Both the position numbers and the translations under genes were made by a program. From contig OX442314.1 in NCBI GenBank assembly GCA_949358305.1, forward strand, positions 28,086,001 to 28,150,000: 64,000 nt of DNA. The letters are read 5' to 3'. Below the pieces are notes generated by a model. That model saw only the letters and a list, made by a program, of their open reading frames with translations. It was not told the origin of the DNA and did no database searches. Source of the stretch: Strigamia acuminata. Lineage: Eukaryota. Positions 45,067 to 57,300 of the stretch are shown here, piece by piece. Positions within the stretch are counted from its first letter, which is position 1. Every line of letters starts with the position of its first letter.

Positions 45067-47714
45067 TTGTTGAATAGTGTTGCAAACTTCTGCAAATAGT
45101 GACAAATGTAGTGGATTGGAAAAACACATCAGGTGAAAGAAAGAGACATCATGTTAACAGGTGAGAACCAAAACATCAAGTGATCTTTATTGATTGGTCA
45201 CATGACCTCAATGCAAAAAGCGCCACCTGTAGGCAGCATACAGACACTGTATGTAAACAAACATTGCGATCACTCGCGTTGGCCAAACACATACACTAAC
45301 ACTTAGTTACATGATAATACGTAAAGATATATATACACACATGTTGTAAAAGTGATTGCTTACCAATATACATTATATCTTAACAGTTTTTAGTCCGGTG
45401 GTTAACTTCGTGCTCATCCGATTCTTTTTCTGCCTCCTAGTCGTTTTACTAGGATGGAGGGATCTCCACCTCGACGTCAAGTGTGCCTACCTTTACGGCG
45501 ACCTCGACCACGAAATTTACATGCGGATTCCCGCCGGCGCCACATGCACCTCACCCGACAACGTCTGGTTGTTAACCAAGTCACTTTATGGTCTTCACCA
45601 GTCGGGGCGCATGTGGTACCAGAAGCTCAACGAGACGTTAACCGACCTCGGATTCCAGAAATTTCCCGCTTGTAATTGCGTTTACGCATTTGGACATTCG
45701 GCTGTTATGTTAGTCTACGTGGACGATATCGTCGTATTTTACGCGTCGGAGAGTATCCGAGACCGTATTTTGGCGCTGATTTCCAGCAAATTCGACATCG
45801 TCAACCTCGGACCGATAACCAAATTACTCGGGGTAGAATTCGTGCGTCGCGATGGGAAAGTTTTCATGTCCCAACGCTCTTACATCGACAAACTTCTTAA
45901 AAAGTTCAATGTTTCGCCTGATGCACTCATTAAAGTGCCTGTCACACCGGGAACCACGCTCGTCAAAGGCTCGTTGGATAATCTCCCGGACTTTCCGTAC
46001 CGATCGCTCATCGGATCGTTATTATTCCTCGCTTCTCGCACTCGTCCCGACATATTATATTCGGTCATCGCTTTATCGCAGTATAATAACTGCTACGACC
46101 ACCGCCACATCAAGTGTTTGCTCCAAGTTCTCAAATACGTGGCGAACACGAGCGATTTCTCGATCGAACTCTCGGGGTGTAATTCCAGTCAGCTGTGGGG
46201 ATACACAGATGCGTCGTGGGCGAGCGACATTGCGACATCGAGAAGCTTCGGAGGATACATCATTTATATCGGTTGTGTGCCAATTGGCTGGAGCTGCAAA
46301 AAGCAGACCAGCGTCGCCTGTTCCACCATGGAAGCCGAGTTTGTGGCACTAGTCGAAATCGCTAAAGAGTTATACTGGTTGGACAGTATCTATCGAGTCT
46401 TTCCACCGTTAAACCGATTATCGAAACCGATTATTTTCTCCGATGCCCTCGCCTCGATCCAATTCACGAACAACGACATCAAGAACTCGAAAACCAAACA
46501 CATTCGAGTAAAGTTCCATTGGCTTCGAGAGTGGCATATTGCCGGATGCTTCGAACTCCGCAAAATTCCGGGTGAAATAAATGTTTCGGATATTTTCACG
46601 AAATGGCTTAGTTCCGAACGCCTCCGAAATTTGTTGTCCCGGATCTTCATCTCGAAATAATTTCATCGAACTGTTAATATCGACATTGCACATCGAAGGA
46701 GGGAATTGTTGGTCCTTGAAACCACTTCGGACGTTTATTTAACACTTTTTCGATGCGTAATGACGCTACCTGGACTTTTTCACATCATTGGTTATTATAT
46801 TTTTCTTTCCCCAAATGATTTAGTGTTTATTTCCTACTTAACTGGTTGTTACCAGTATATTTCCGTATATTTACTTTATATTGTAAGGGAAATGCATGGT
46901 GCCTGCATTAACTGTGTCTTAACACACTGGGCATCATGCATCGCCTATCTGTTTATACCTGTGTGTCGCTCGCTTCTGTCACCAGAGCGCACTGCCTTTT
47001 ATTCCAAGATGGCGACGCACACTGCTAAGTGTGCTCCTGTGCATTTCAATCCTGTTTTCGTAAGTTTTAGGTTAATAAATCGTTTATTTTGTTTATAAAT
47101 ATTTTGTTTCTCGTGTCTGCACGTAGATAAGTGCAGACACCACGCAAATTCGACCAGAACCGGCTCGAATTCGCGTACACGACGCGCCGCACGTCTCGTG
47201 CGTGCTATATCGTACGTGTTGGCTTATTTTTAAGCGTTTCCACTGCCTAGTCTGTGCTGTTTTTGCAGCATACCACCACAGGCTTACGGTCGAGGCGGTG
47301 AGGATTCGGGAACAGTTGACTGCCCCGTCGAGCATCCCGCAACCAGGGCGCCAGGTTCAGGCTGGACGAGCAGCGTCTGCAGAGGCGCCAGCCCAGCCGA
47401 GCCCGAAGCGCCAAAGGCAGGAGCCACCGCCCTCCACTTGGACGGAGGAGATGACCGTGCGGCACGCGGCCGCGATGGTGGATTGGCGTGCCACTCACCC
47501 CAAGGCCACGCTGTTCCAGGTGGAGTGCGAAGAGAAGCGTCTGCGTCGCCGCTTCAAGGAGGTGGCGAGAAGGGCGCGTGCCGACGCCGTACGGGCGAAG
47601 GCGTTGGAAGAGGCCGAAGCTGCCGCCGTGCCGGCAGCGACCCAATCGGTCGAGGAACCTGGAGACAGCGAACAAGCCGCACAGGCTGTGTCCGTTGCTC
47701 TGGATCGCCCTGAC

Positions 47715-50700
47715 TGTTGGTCAAAAGACCATTTATTTATCGATATCAAATGTCGTTCATGTTATTTAGTTCTTAGCTCGATGTAATTCGATGTATTAAT
47801 TGCGTTTTATCACTTATATATGTCTAATACGGCATTTATTTATGCTTTTGTGCTGTCACATACGTAATTCCGTATGATTTGTATTGTTATCTATGAGATT
47901 CATTCTTTTCTTAACTTTAATGTTGTTTTCCGGCACCAGAGTGCCCACGTTGTATTCAATCTGTATCCAAGATGGCAGACATCTCAGTTAGAGCTTTCCT
48001 GCCAATTTTCTCTCCAATATGTAAGTTTATTTTGTTTTCAATGATTAAATAGAATTATATTTTGTTTTAACTCGTTTTACACGTTTGTATAAGTGTAAAA
48101 CACTTCTTTGCATTGTATTTCGGCGCCGCATTTCACGATACGGATGCGTATCGTTCGTCGCTCATTTGCGAACATCGGCGACGCCATTTCCGTTATCGGA
48201 ATTAACCGTCGCATATTTGCGACGCCATTTGCACGCTTCCCGGCGATATTTCGCCAATATCTGCGCCCCTCTGTCCTACATTTGGTAGCAGAGGATGGTT
48301 GTCTGCTAGAACAACCATTTCTCGATTAATTTTCGACCCATATTTCGTGAAAACGATTTGTGCGCCGAAAAGTTGTTTATTTTCAGATTTCACGAATCCA
48401 CACGGCGCCATTTTGTTTCCTGGACGTCGCCGACGTTTCCACGACGTTACCGATAGCCAGGGCTATCGATTTCAACGATATTCGTTTAATTTTGTCCAAT
48501 TTCTCGCGGGTTTCGCGGATTTTGAGGCAAATTTCTTTTATTTTTGCAGATTTTTCGACAAAACTGGATTTTCGACACTGCTTAGCACGAAGCGGCAGTT
48601 CCAACGAGAACCGAACACTAGATTGTTCGCCGCTTAGTTCCCCGGTGAACGGCGGTTATCACCGATCTGTACAAGTGGACGAAGAGCCTCGATTTATTCG
48701 AGAAGATTTCGGATTTCACATCCGAAATAGCGCTTTCTCCAGCTTTTCGAGAAAGCTGCGCCGTGCCTTCATTTGCACGAGGATCGCATCCGCGATTGAT
48801 TCGTCTATTTCTCCTTCTTTCGACTTTACCTTTGTTAGAATTAAGGGTATTTTGGTGTGGGACCTTATTAGATTCGACACAGCTCTTCGGGCATTCCGTC
48901 CACCGCTGTGTTTGTATTTTGTGACAAGGCTGAGCCCTGCGCCACCTAGCATTCCCGTGACCCCAGGTGGTCGTAAAGGACGCTAGGGAGACACTTGTCA
49001 CAAGCTATCAGCTGATTGTAGCATCAGCTCCCCGTTGAAGGTTTCCGCCTCGAAAGTGTGTGTGAAGTGCTTCAGTTCAGTGCTCCGAATCGAAGTCAGC
49101 ATTTGTGCAGTGCTCCAGTATTTAACGTACCATTCCTTGAGTCAGTGTGTTCGTCGCGTTGTGTCGAGTTTTCCACTCCGCAATGAAGAAAGCGTCGGAA
49201 TTATCGGGCGGAACGGTTCCCGTACTCACCGTTGGGAACTATGAATCCTGGCAGCGCTCGATGCGCATGCTTCTAAAATCCGAAGGTTTATGGAGACACG
49301 TGACCGAGGAAAAGGAGGCCGAGCACCTTGCAACTTTAAATGAAAAGGAAAAGGACCGTTATGCTGTGAAAAAGGACAAAGCACTTGGTCACATATATAT
49401 TCACGTCAGTGAAGCGAAACGATCGGCCCTCGACGCTTGCAATACACCTAAGCAAGCATGGGACAAGTTGGCCACCATTTATGCACCGAGTTCCAGGGCC
49501 AGGCGAGCGGCCATGAGATGGGAATTTTTGAGCCTCCAACTCAAACCTGGTGAAGACATGCCTGATTTCATCGGTCGTGTGGACCATTTTGTTCAACAAT
49601 TAAAAGACGTTGGTGAAAATGTCTCAGAAGAACAACACTCTTTCCAATATCTCAAGGGTTTACCACCGGAATATGCCCAGGCCACGTTTGCAGTTTACCA
49701 CTGGCCCGATCCGAACTTTACTCCAACCAAAGTGGCGGAACAGTTATTGTCCGAGCAGATGCGTTTAAAGGCTATGGGATTGACTAGCCAACAGTCTGCA
49801 CATACCTCAAAAGGACAGTTTCGCCAGCGTAATCAATCTCGTGGACCGCGGGATTTATCTAAAATCAAGTGTTTCAACTGTGATCAAATGGGTCACTACG
49901 CTAATCGTTGCCCTCAATCACCACGTGGAGACAGGAATCAGTCCACAGCCTCAGTACAGCGTTCGTCGCGAAGTAAAAGCCGCAGACGTAATAAAAATGC
50001 CGCTGCCAAAGTTGAAGACAATCGTCCACGTGGAAGTTCACGTCCGAAGCGAGAGGGGACATTCTTTTGCAGTGCTCCACAGATTATTGAGCGTCCTACG
50101 GTCCATTTTATGCAATCCAATGAATGGATCGTGGATTGCGGTGCAACGAATCACGTTTCTCACGTGCGTGACTGGTTTACAGACTTTTCAAATATCCAGC
50201 CATTTGATATTGCGTTAGGCCAAGGCAAATCACAGGTGACAGGACGAGGGACAGTTCAATTGCTCACGTCGGTCGACGGCGCGGATTGCACCATCAATTT
50301 GAAGAACGTTCTCTTTGCGCCGAATTTCGAAGCCAATTTGATTTCGGTGTCAAAGATTGACAAGACCAATCACCATGTGCATTTCTTTAATAGAGAGGTG
50401 AATGTTTATCAAACAGACTTCCGTTCACCTATTATTCGTGCGAGAGAACGCGGTGGATTATACTATTTGGACGGTTTATGCTCAACGCATCTTGTAACGC
50501 CAACTGTTTCAACAATTACTCAACCGCCAGTCCAAATAACACTCCAACCTGTGCAAACACTAGTCACAACCGAAGTAGATTTCGATAATGTGCCAAAGCC
50601 AAAAAAGGGCAAATCAAAACAAAGGGAAATTTCAGACTTTCGCATAACTTTGCCTGCTATCGAACCAGCGAAGCAAATGCCAGTTCAGCAAATTCCTAAC

Positions 50701-50720
50701 CCTCCTTTACCTGCACAAGT
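47715..50720 (+). mobile_element. Copia D: 5' part (LTR 47715-48280, PBS 48283-48300, leader, gag-PR) of a close relative of Copia A, interrupted by Copia F
   Basis: 48840-50720 aligns almost base for base with 1-1888; TG...CA LTR of 566 bp. Confidence 0.93.
49183..50720 (+). pseudogene. Copia D Gag-protease, broken before the integrase
   Basis: MKKASELSGG... nearly identical to Copia A up to PPLPAQV. Confidence 0.9.
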
Positions 50721-51386
50721 TAAAGCGATTTCCTGGCCAAAACATCGGTTAGAAAGGAGTTGACGAGTGTCTAAACAGGTGCGCGACACCGACATGCGTG
50801 CGCCATGTTTAATATCACATAAAAGTGTACACGCTTCGAGGCTAACAACTGCACTCGGAAAAATAGGATAAATCATTGTTGGATTTCAATGATTTGTCCT
50901 TTACATTATAAAATAAAAGCAATGACATTCATAATCGATAACTAAGCAATAATAACAATACAGGACTCGCTCTTTTGAGCAGACGATGTTATCAGCGCAT
51001 GCTGCTAAATGGAAACGTTCAACCGCGGTACAGAACCAGCATTAATAAAAATCGAGATCGATTGAACGCGACATCGAGACATTAAATAGCAGCACATTCA
51101 TTACACATATCCGGAAAGTGTGTAATGTAAATATTCACAAACTATACAATATGGCGACAAACAACCAAACACACAATATTTCCACCACAACTCAATATAT
51201 CCCCCTTTGTTTGGTTATTTGCGCCTTACAAATAAATGCTCACACAAGGTGTTAAGTCTGGGCTTGGGTAACCATTTGGTCATCACATCGGCGACATTCA
51301 GGGCCCCTGGAATATGCTTAATAGCAAACGTTCCGCGCTCAAACCAGTCCCTGAGGAAATGAAGCTTTACGTCGATATGTTTATTC

Positions 51387-54300
51387 TGTAGATCAAGAGA
51401 TCATTTATTATTTCACAATTACAGAGTTTTTCCTTTATTTATTTATAATGTATATGTTTTGTTTTCCCCACTTATGTATCTAGTTTTGATACATATCGTA
51501 TTTTAAGCATTGAGCACCATGCGCCCTTTATCATTTTCTTTAATTTTCACTTAATGTGAAATATTGTCGCTTAGTAAAGTGAGCACCAGATGGTGTCTTA
51601 TCGTTTTTGCTTTTGTTATCCAACATGGCGTCTCCCGCACAGGACGGTCGCCTTTATGTATTCTCTTCATTTATAGCAGTATGTAAGTGTATATTTTCAT
51701 TAAACCGTTTTATTTAGGCTTTTTTATTAAGCTTTTGTTCTTTGTTTGCCACGTTTGATAAGTGGCAAACACACACGTTTTCACGAGGCCGTGCGGAGAA
51801 GCGCGCCCGTGCCACGTCGTCATTATTACGCTCATTTCGGCCATTAATAGCTTCCACTGGCCCGTTTTATTTTTTTCACCACGCTACAAGTGGTAGCAGA
51901 GAGCTGGGGACGACCCATCGTGTTATTTATTGCTAATTATCGACGCCATTTTCGCGAAATTCGCGAAAATTCGCGCCGAGTTTGTGTATTTTCAGATTTT
52001 CACCCGACGGCCGCCATTTTCGACGATTTTCATCATTTTCAACCGATTTTTCGACGATTTTGGAATTTTCCCACGTGCAGTGCACCTTGTACGGCGTGTC
52101 GGTACCTGAGTTACACAGATTTTCGACGATTTTTCCAGGATTTACGACGATTTTTGAAGTTTTCGCGACGATTTTCGCGTTCTGATGTAAATCGACGAGT
52201 TTTGATGCAAACCGACGATTTTCGACGTGATAACTCGCCGTCGTCGCTCATCTCATCTCAACATATCACTAATCATTCTCTCCCTACAGTAGTCGCAATA
52301 TACTTTGTTAATTTTAAGATAGGTTTAAGTTTTTGGGGGTCAATTAGATTCGGCTTCACCCTTCGTCCATTCGGGCACGTGAAGCTAGTATTCTTGGGCA
52401 AGGCTATCCCTGCGCCACCTAACACTCCCGTGGCCCCAGGTGGCTTGCAAAGGACGTTAGGGGGATACTTGCCTAAGGTTTTTAAACCGATTGTAGCATC
52501 GGTTCCCCATCGTGGTTTCCGCCTTGACAGTGCTCCGATTCTCAGTGCGACGTTTTGTGCTTCGAGACGTCCAGTCTCAGTGCTTCAATCAAATTTAGTC
52601 ATTCCCTGTGTCAGTGCTTCTTTTCACGATGTCCAAGTCTTCAGACGCGTCGGTCGGCAAAATTCCGATTTTGTCAATCGGAAATTATGAATCATGGCGC
52701 AGATCGATGCGCATGTATTTGAAGTCAGAAGGATTGTGGCATCACGTCACGGAAGACACCGAGGAAGCCGACCTTAAGACATTTAATGACAAGGAATTGA
52801 AAAAGTACAAGAAAAGAAAGGACCGTGCATTGGGTTTAATTTACTGCCAAGTGAGCGAGGCGAAACGATCCGTCTTAGATCCCTGCAATACACCAAAGGA
52901 GTCATGGGACGCCCTCGCAAAAGTGTATGCACCATCTTCTCGTGCTCGCAAGGCCGCTATGCGCCGCGAGTTTCTTGGTCTTCATCTCTTACCTGGCGAA
53001 GAGATGGTAGATTTCATCGGCAGAGTGGACGATCACGTCCGAAAATTGACTGATGTGAAAGAAACAATATCAGATGACCATAAAGCTTATCAGTATTTGG
53101 ACATGTTGCCCAGCGAATATTCCCAAGTTTCTTTTGCAATATATCATTGGCCAGACGACGACTTCAAGCCGATTAAAGTAGCTGACCAATTACTTTCGGA
53201 ATATCTCCGGCTCAAATCCATTTCTTCCCGGGATAATCCGAATTCGTCATCTCAAGCTTTTGCCAATGAACGTCGTGGACGGGACCAATCGCGCCCTTCA
53301 CGACCATTAACTCAAATTCAGTGTTATAACTGCGGGGACATGGGCCATTATGCGAATCGCTGTCCACATCCTCCGAATCCAAATAGAATTGACAAAAATC
53401 GCCCAACTGCCACTTTTCAACGCAAATCACGCAGTTCCAGCCGTAAACGCAAGCAGAAGGCAAATCAACAAGATAATTCGAAACCAAGGGGGAATTCTCA
53501 AGTTCGAAGAGAGTCCAACTTCTTTTTGAATGCGCCACCACAAGTTGAGGTCCCAATTGCACACTTCATGCAAAATTCGGAATGGATCGTCGATTGTGGG
53601 GCAACGGACCATGTTTCTCACGTCAAGGCTTGGTTTTCGGATTTTCAACCAGTTACACCTTTTGACATTGAGTTAGGCCAAGGCCATTCACAGGTTACTG
53701 GAAAAGGAACTGTGCGAATTCAGACCTTTATTGACAATTGCGAATGTGTGGTGAATCTACACGAAGTCTTGTATGCTCCGAACTTCGAGGCGAACCTCAT
53801 CTCGGTATCGCGGATAGACAATAATAAACACCACATCCACATATTTAATTCCGAAATAAATGTGTATGAAACCGATATTAGACACAGCGTCCTCCGCGCG
53901 AGACAAAAGGGAGGATTGTATTACGTCGATGGATTGCGTCCGCCCACGACAGTTACTGTGAACAATCCTCAAGTTCAAAATGAGGTTTTGCCATCTACAA
54001 ATCCCAAAACTATGGTTACGATTGAGGAAGATTTTCCAAAAATTAAGAAAGCATCCAAGAAGTCGAAGACAAGAGACATTACTGATTTTCGCATCGAGTT
54101 GCCAAATCCAGTGCCTAAAAATCTCCTTCCTCAGACTTTCCATCCTCCTCCCGTACCTACACCTGTCCTTACCAATTCCAACCCCATTGTCCCGTCCTAT
54201 GCTACGGCCCTGAATAGCATTCCTCCCAAATCCAATCCAGGCAAGCAGATTAAGCAGAATGGTCAAAAACCAATTGCTACTGCAACGTCAAAGAAGGACA

Positions 54301-57300
54301 GTACGGGACTTTGGCACAGCCGGTTAGGGCATTTACACGCCAATGCCATTAGACTTTTGGCCAACAACCCACAAGTTTATGGTTTTACACCGGAAGAAGT
54401 TCGCCAAGAGCTCGCCTGCAATCATTGCCGAATCGCTAAATCAATTCGAGCGTCGCATAAACCAGATCCACATCCAATTACCACTAAGGCATTAGATCTG
54501 ATGCATATGGATCTTTGGGGGCCAGCACCTGCGACATCATTCGGCGGTGCTCGCTACGTTCTAACAATTATTGACGACGCCACTCGTTATACTTGGATAA
54601 TTCCCATCGCCCAGAAATCACAAACTTTTCAGTGTTTTAAAGACTTTGTCTCCCGTGTCGAGCGAGTAGCAAATACTCGAATCAAAGCCATACGGACTGA
54701 TCGAGGCGGGGAATTTATTTCCAACGAATTTACCAAATATCTCAACGATTCTGGAATTCAAGCGCAGAGGACTAACCCTGCATCCCCTCAGATGAATGGA
54801 ACGGCCGAACGAATAAATAGGACGATGGCCGACCATTTTCGTGCAATTTTGGATGAAACTCAACTTCCTCTTGAGCTTTGGGCCGAGATTGCCGTCAATT
54901 TTGCATACGTCAAGAACAGAAGTCCCCATTCCAGATTGAACAATGAGGTCCCTTACATTCTCTGGCGCCAACGAGCTCTTTCTCTCCGACACCTTCGCAA
55001 GATTGGATCTAAATGCTGGGTCCACTACACAGCCCCTGGTAGAAGCAAATTCGAATCACGAGCTTGGGAAGGGTTTCTCGTTGGTTATGCGACAGGAACC
55101 AGAGGATATCGTGTCTGGAACCCCATTGATGATAAAGTAATCGAAACAATTCATGTACAGATTGATGAAAAACAGTCTTTTCGACGATCGAGTCACAATT
55201 CTCGACGACAAACGTCATTGGCTGAAGATCTTAATGCCCAGTCTGTTCCTACGACGACGTCAAGGGTGAATTTTGACGACAACGTTGGTTATTCTGATTG
55301 GCCAGCCAGAATGTCGGACTCGGAAGACCAGAACACGTCGAGTGATTATGATTCGGACGATTCAACACCCCAAGGTGCCGTGGGAGGTATTTCTCCACCG
55401 CCTTCTCCACCAGTTCGGGTTCCAACTCCGAAACCGTCTCCTGTTTTGACTCCGACAGTGTCACCTTTTCATACCCCGGACAATTCACCTCCGGGTTCAC
55501 CTAATCCTTTCGTAACGGCACGTCGGGGCTCTGGACCAACGCATCGTCCGCCACCAGCGCCGACTGAAACTCACACTGTTGTTCCAACAATCATCCCTAC
55601 AGCCACTACATCTTATAAATGGCGTTACGTAGGTGGCACCGGTCCTTGTAGCCACTGGAAACGGGAGGAACATCTGAGGAAAGATCAATTCCCCGGACAA
55701 ATAAAGATAGATGTGTACTACTTCCCGAAACCAGGCTTACGGCTGCGCTCAAAACCGAACATTCGAGAGTATTGTGATAAAGAGGGCATTATCTACGATG
55801 ATGACCTTTTCTTCTTCGGCAACATGGAACACCAATTGCCTGAGGTTCCTCCAATTCGACCCATTATCCATTTATGCCGCCGTGAACCGTCCAGTTATTC
55901 CGAAGCTGGGAAATTCCCTGATGCACCAAAATGGCGTGAAGCCATCGATGAGGAGCTCGGAACCTTCAAGAAAAGGGAGGTGTATCAGGAAGTGCCTAAA
56001 CCGCCAAATACAACAATACTGGGCTGTAAATGGATTTTTAAATTAAAAACGGACGCGACCGGAAAGATCAATCGTTACCGTGCGAGATTAGTAGCGCAAG
56101 GCTTTCGCCAAACCATTGGGATTGACTTCGACGAAGTTTTCAGCCCAGTTGTAAATTTCGTGCTTATCCGTTTCTTCTTTTGCCTCCTCGTGGTCCTCAA
56201 AGGATGGCAAGACACTCACCTCGACATAAAATGCGCCTACTTATATGGAGAGCTTAAACATCGAATTTATATGAGAATTCCTGCAGGCGCAATGTGTGAT
56301 GATCCGGAAAATGTTTGGTTGCTCACGAAATCGTTATACGGGTTACACCAGTCCGGTCGTGAATGGTATCAAAAATTGGACGAGACTCTCAAAGAGTTAG
56401 GTTTTCGCAAGATGCCCGCCTGCAACTGTGTCTACGTTTTCGGCAAATCAGCGGTCATGCTCGTCTACGTGGACGATATAGTTCTATTTTATTCGTCTAA
56501 GAGCATTTTGACCCAAGTACTCCAACTGATCAGCAGTAAATTCGAGATTGTGGACTTGGGACCAATAACCAAACTGCTGGGAGTCGAATTCGTGCGACAT
56601 ATGGGCCAAACTTTCATGATTCAAAGCGTATTCATCGAGAAACTGTTAAAGAAGTTTGGCATAACGGCAGACAACGTCATTAAAGTGCCTGTCACACCTG
56701 GAACAACTTTAGTCAAGGGACCAAAAGAAAATTTGGCAGATTTCCCATACAGATCGCTGATTGGATCCCTTCTGTTCTTGGCATCTCGAACCCGACCGGA
56801 TATATTATATTCCGTGATTACTCTGTCTCAGTACAACAATTGTTATACCGCGGCACACATCAAAGCATTGCTTCAAGTCCTACGTTACGTAGCTAACACC
56901 GCGAATTATTGTATTGAACTGTCTAACTGCACATCGGGACAACTCTGGGCCTACACGGACGCATCGTGGGCCAGCGATGTGGCTACTTCCCTGAGTTTTG
57001 GTGGATATATTGCGTTCATTGGGAACACACCGATTGGATGGTCATGTAAAAAACAGACCAGCGTCGCAGCTTCGACAATGGAAGCGGAGTTTGTAGCATT
57101 AATGGAGGTCGTCAAAGAGCTTTATTGGCTTGACCACATTTACTCCGAGCTTCCATTGCTCAATCGTGTTTCCAAGCCCATCATATTTTCGGACGCATTG
57201 GCATCCATCCAGTTCTCGACCAATGACGTGGAAAATTCACGCACGAAGTACATCCGTGTGAAGTTCCACTGGCTCAGGGAGTGGCATTCCGAGGGACGTT

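Larger units (their letters stand above)
39479..45385 (-). mobile_element. Copia G: distinct Copia lineage nested in the RT of Copia C
   Basis: 318-bp LTRs 39479-39796 and 45068-45385 (no differences seen by eye); TSD GTTTT; PBS GGTTATGGGCC; G-rich PPT. Confidence 0.95.
37374..46660 (+). pseudogene. Copia C INT-MBD-RT-RNaseH ORF (37374-39478 joined to 45391-46660)
   Basis: Removing G restores DFDEVF/SPVVNF in frame; MBD GWRREEHLRKEQAPGKIKVDVYYYPEHGVRLRSRGDIERYC at about 38985-39160. Confidence 0.92.
36408..47280 (+). mobile_element. Copia C: CopiaMBD element lacking gag and protease, interrupted by Copia G
   Basis: 574-bp LTRs 36408-36981 and 46707-47280; TSD GGCTT; PBS TGGTAGCAGAGGA at 36984; PPT GAAGGAGGGAA. 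Confidence 0.95.
34506..47714 (+). pseudogene. Putative spliced gene of unknown function with CxxCxGxG-type zinc-finger motifs, disrupted by Copia C and Copia D. Exons 34506-34511, 35066-35104, and 36111-36407 continuing at 47286-47714
   Basis: Polypyrimidine-AG acceptor at 36110; frame KSGDSGDDGANQWRICPVCLGERC...CGNCLGHG...LPRWL continues in frame after the GGCTT TSD as TVEAVRIREQ...; the two upstream mini-exons are tentative. Confidence 0.45.
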
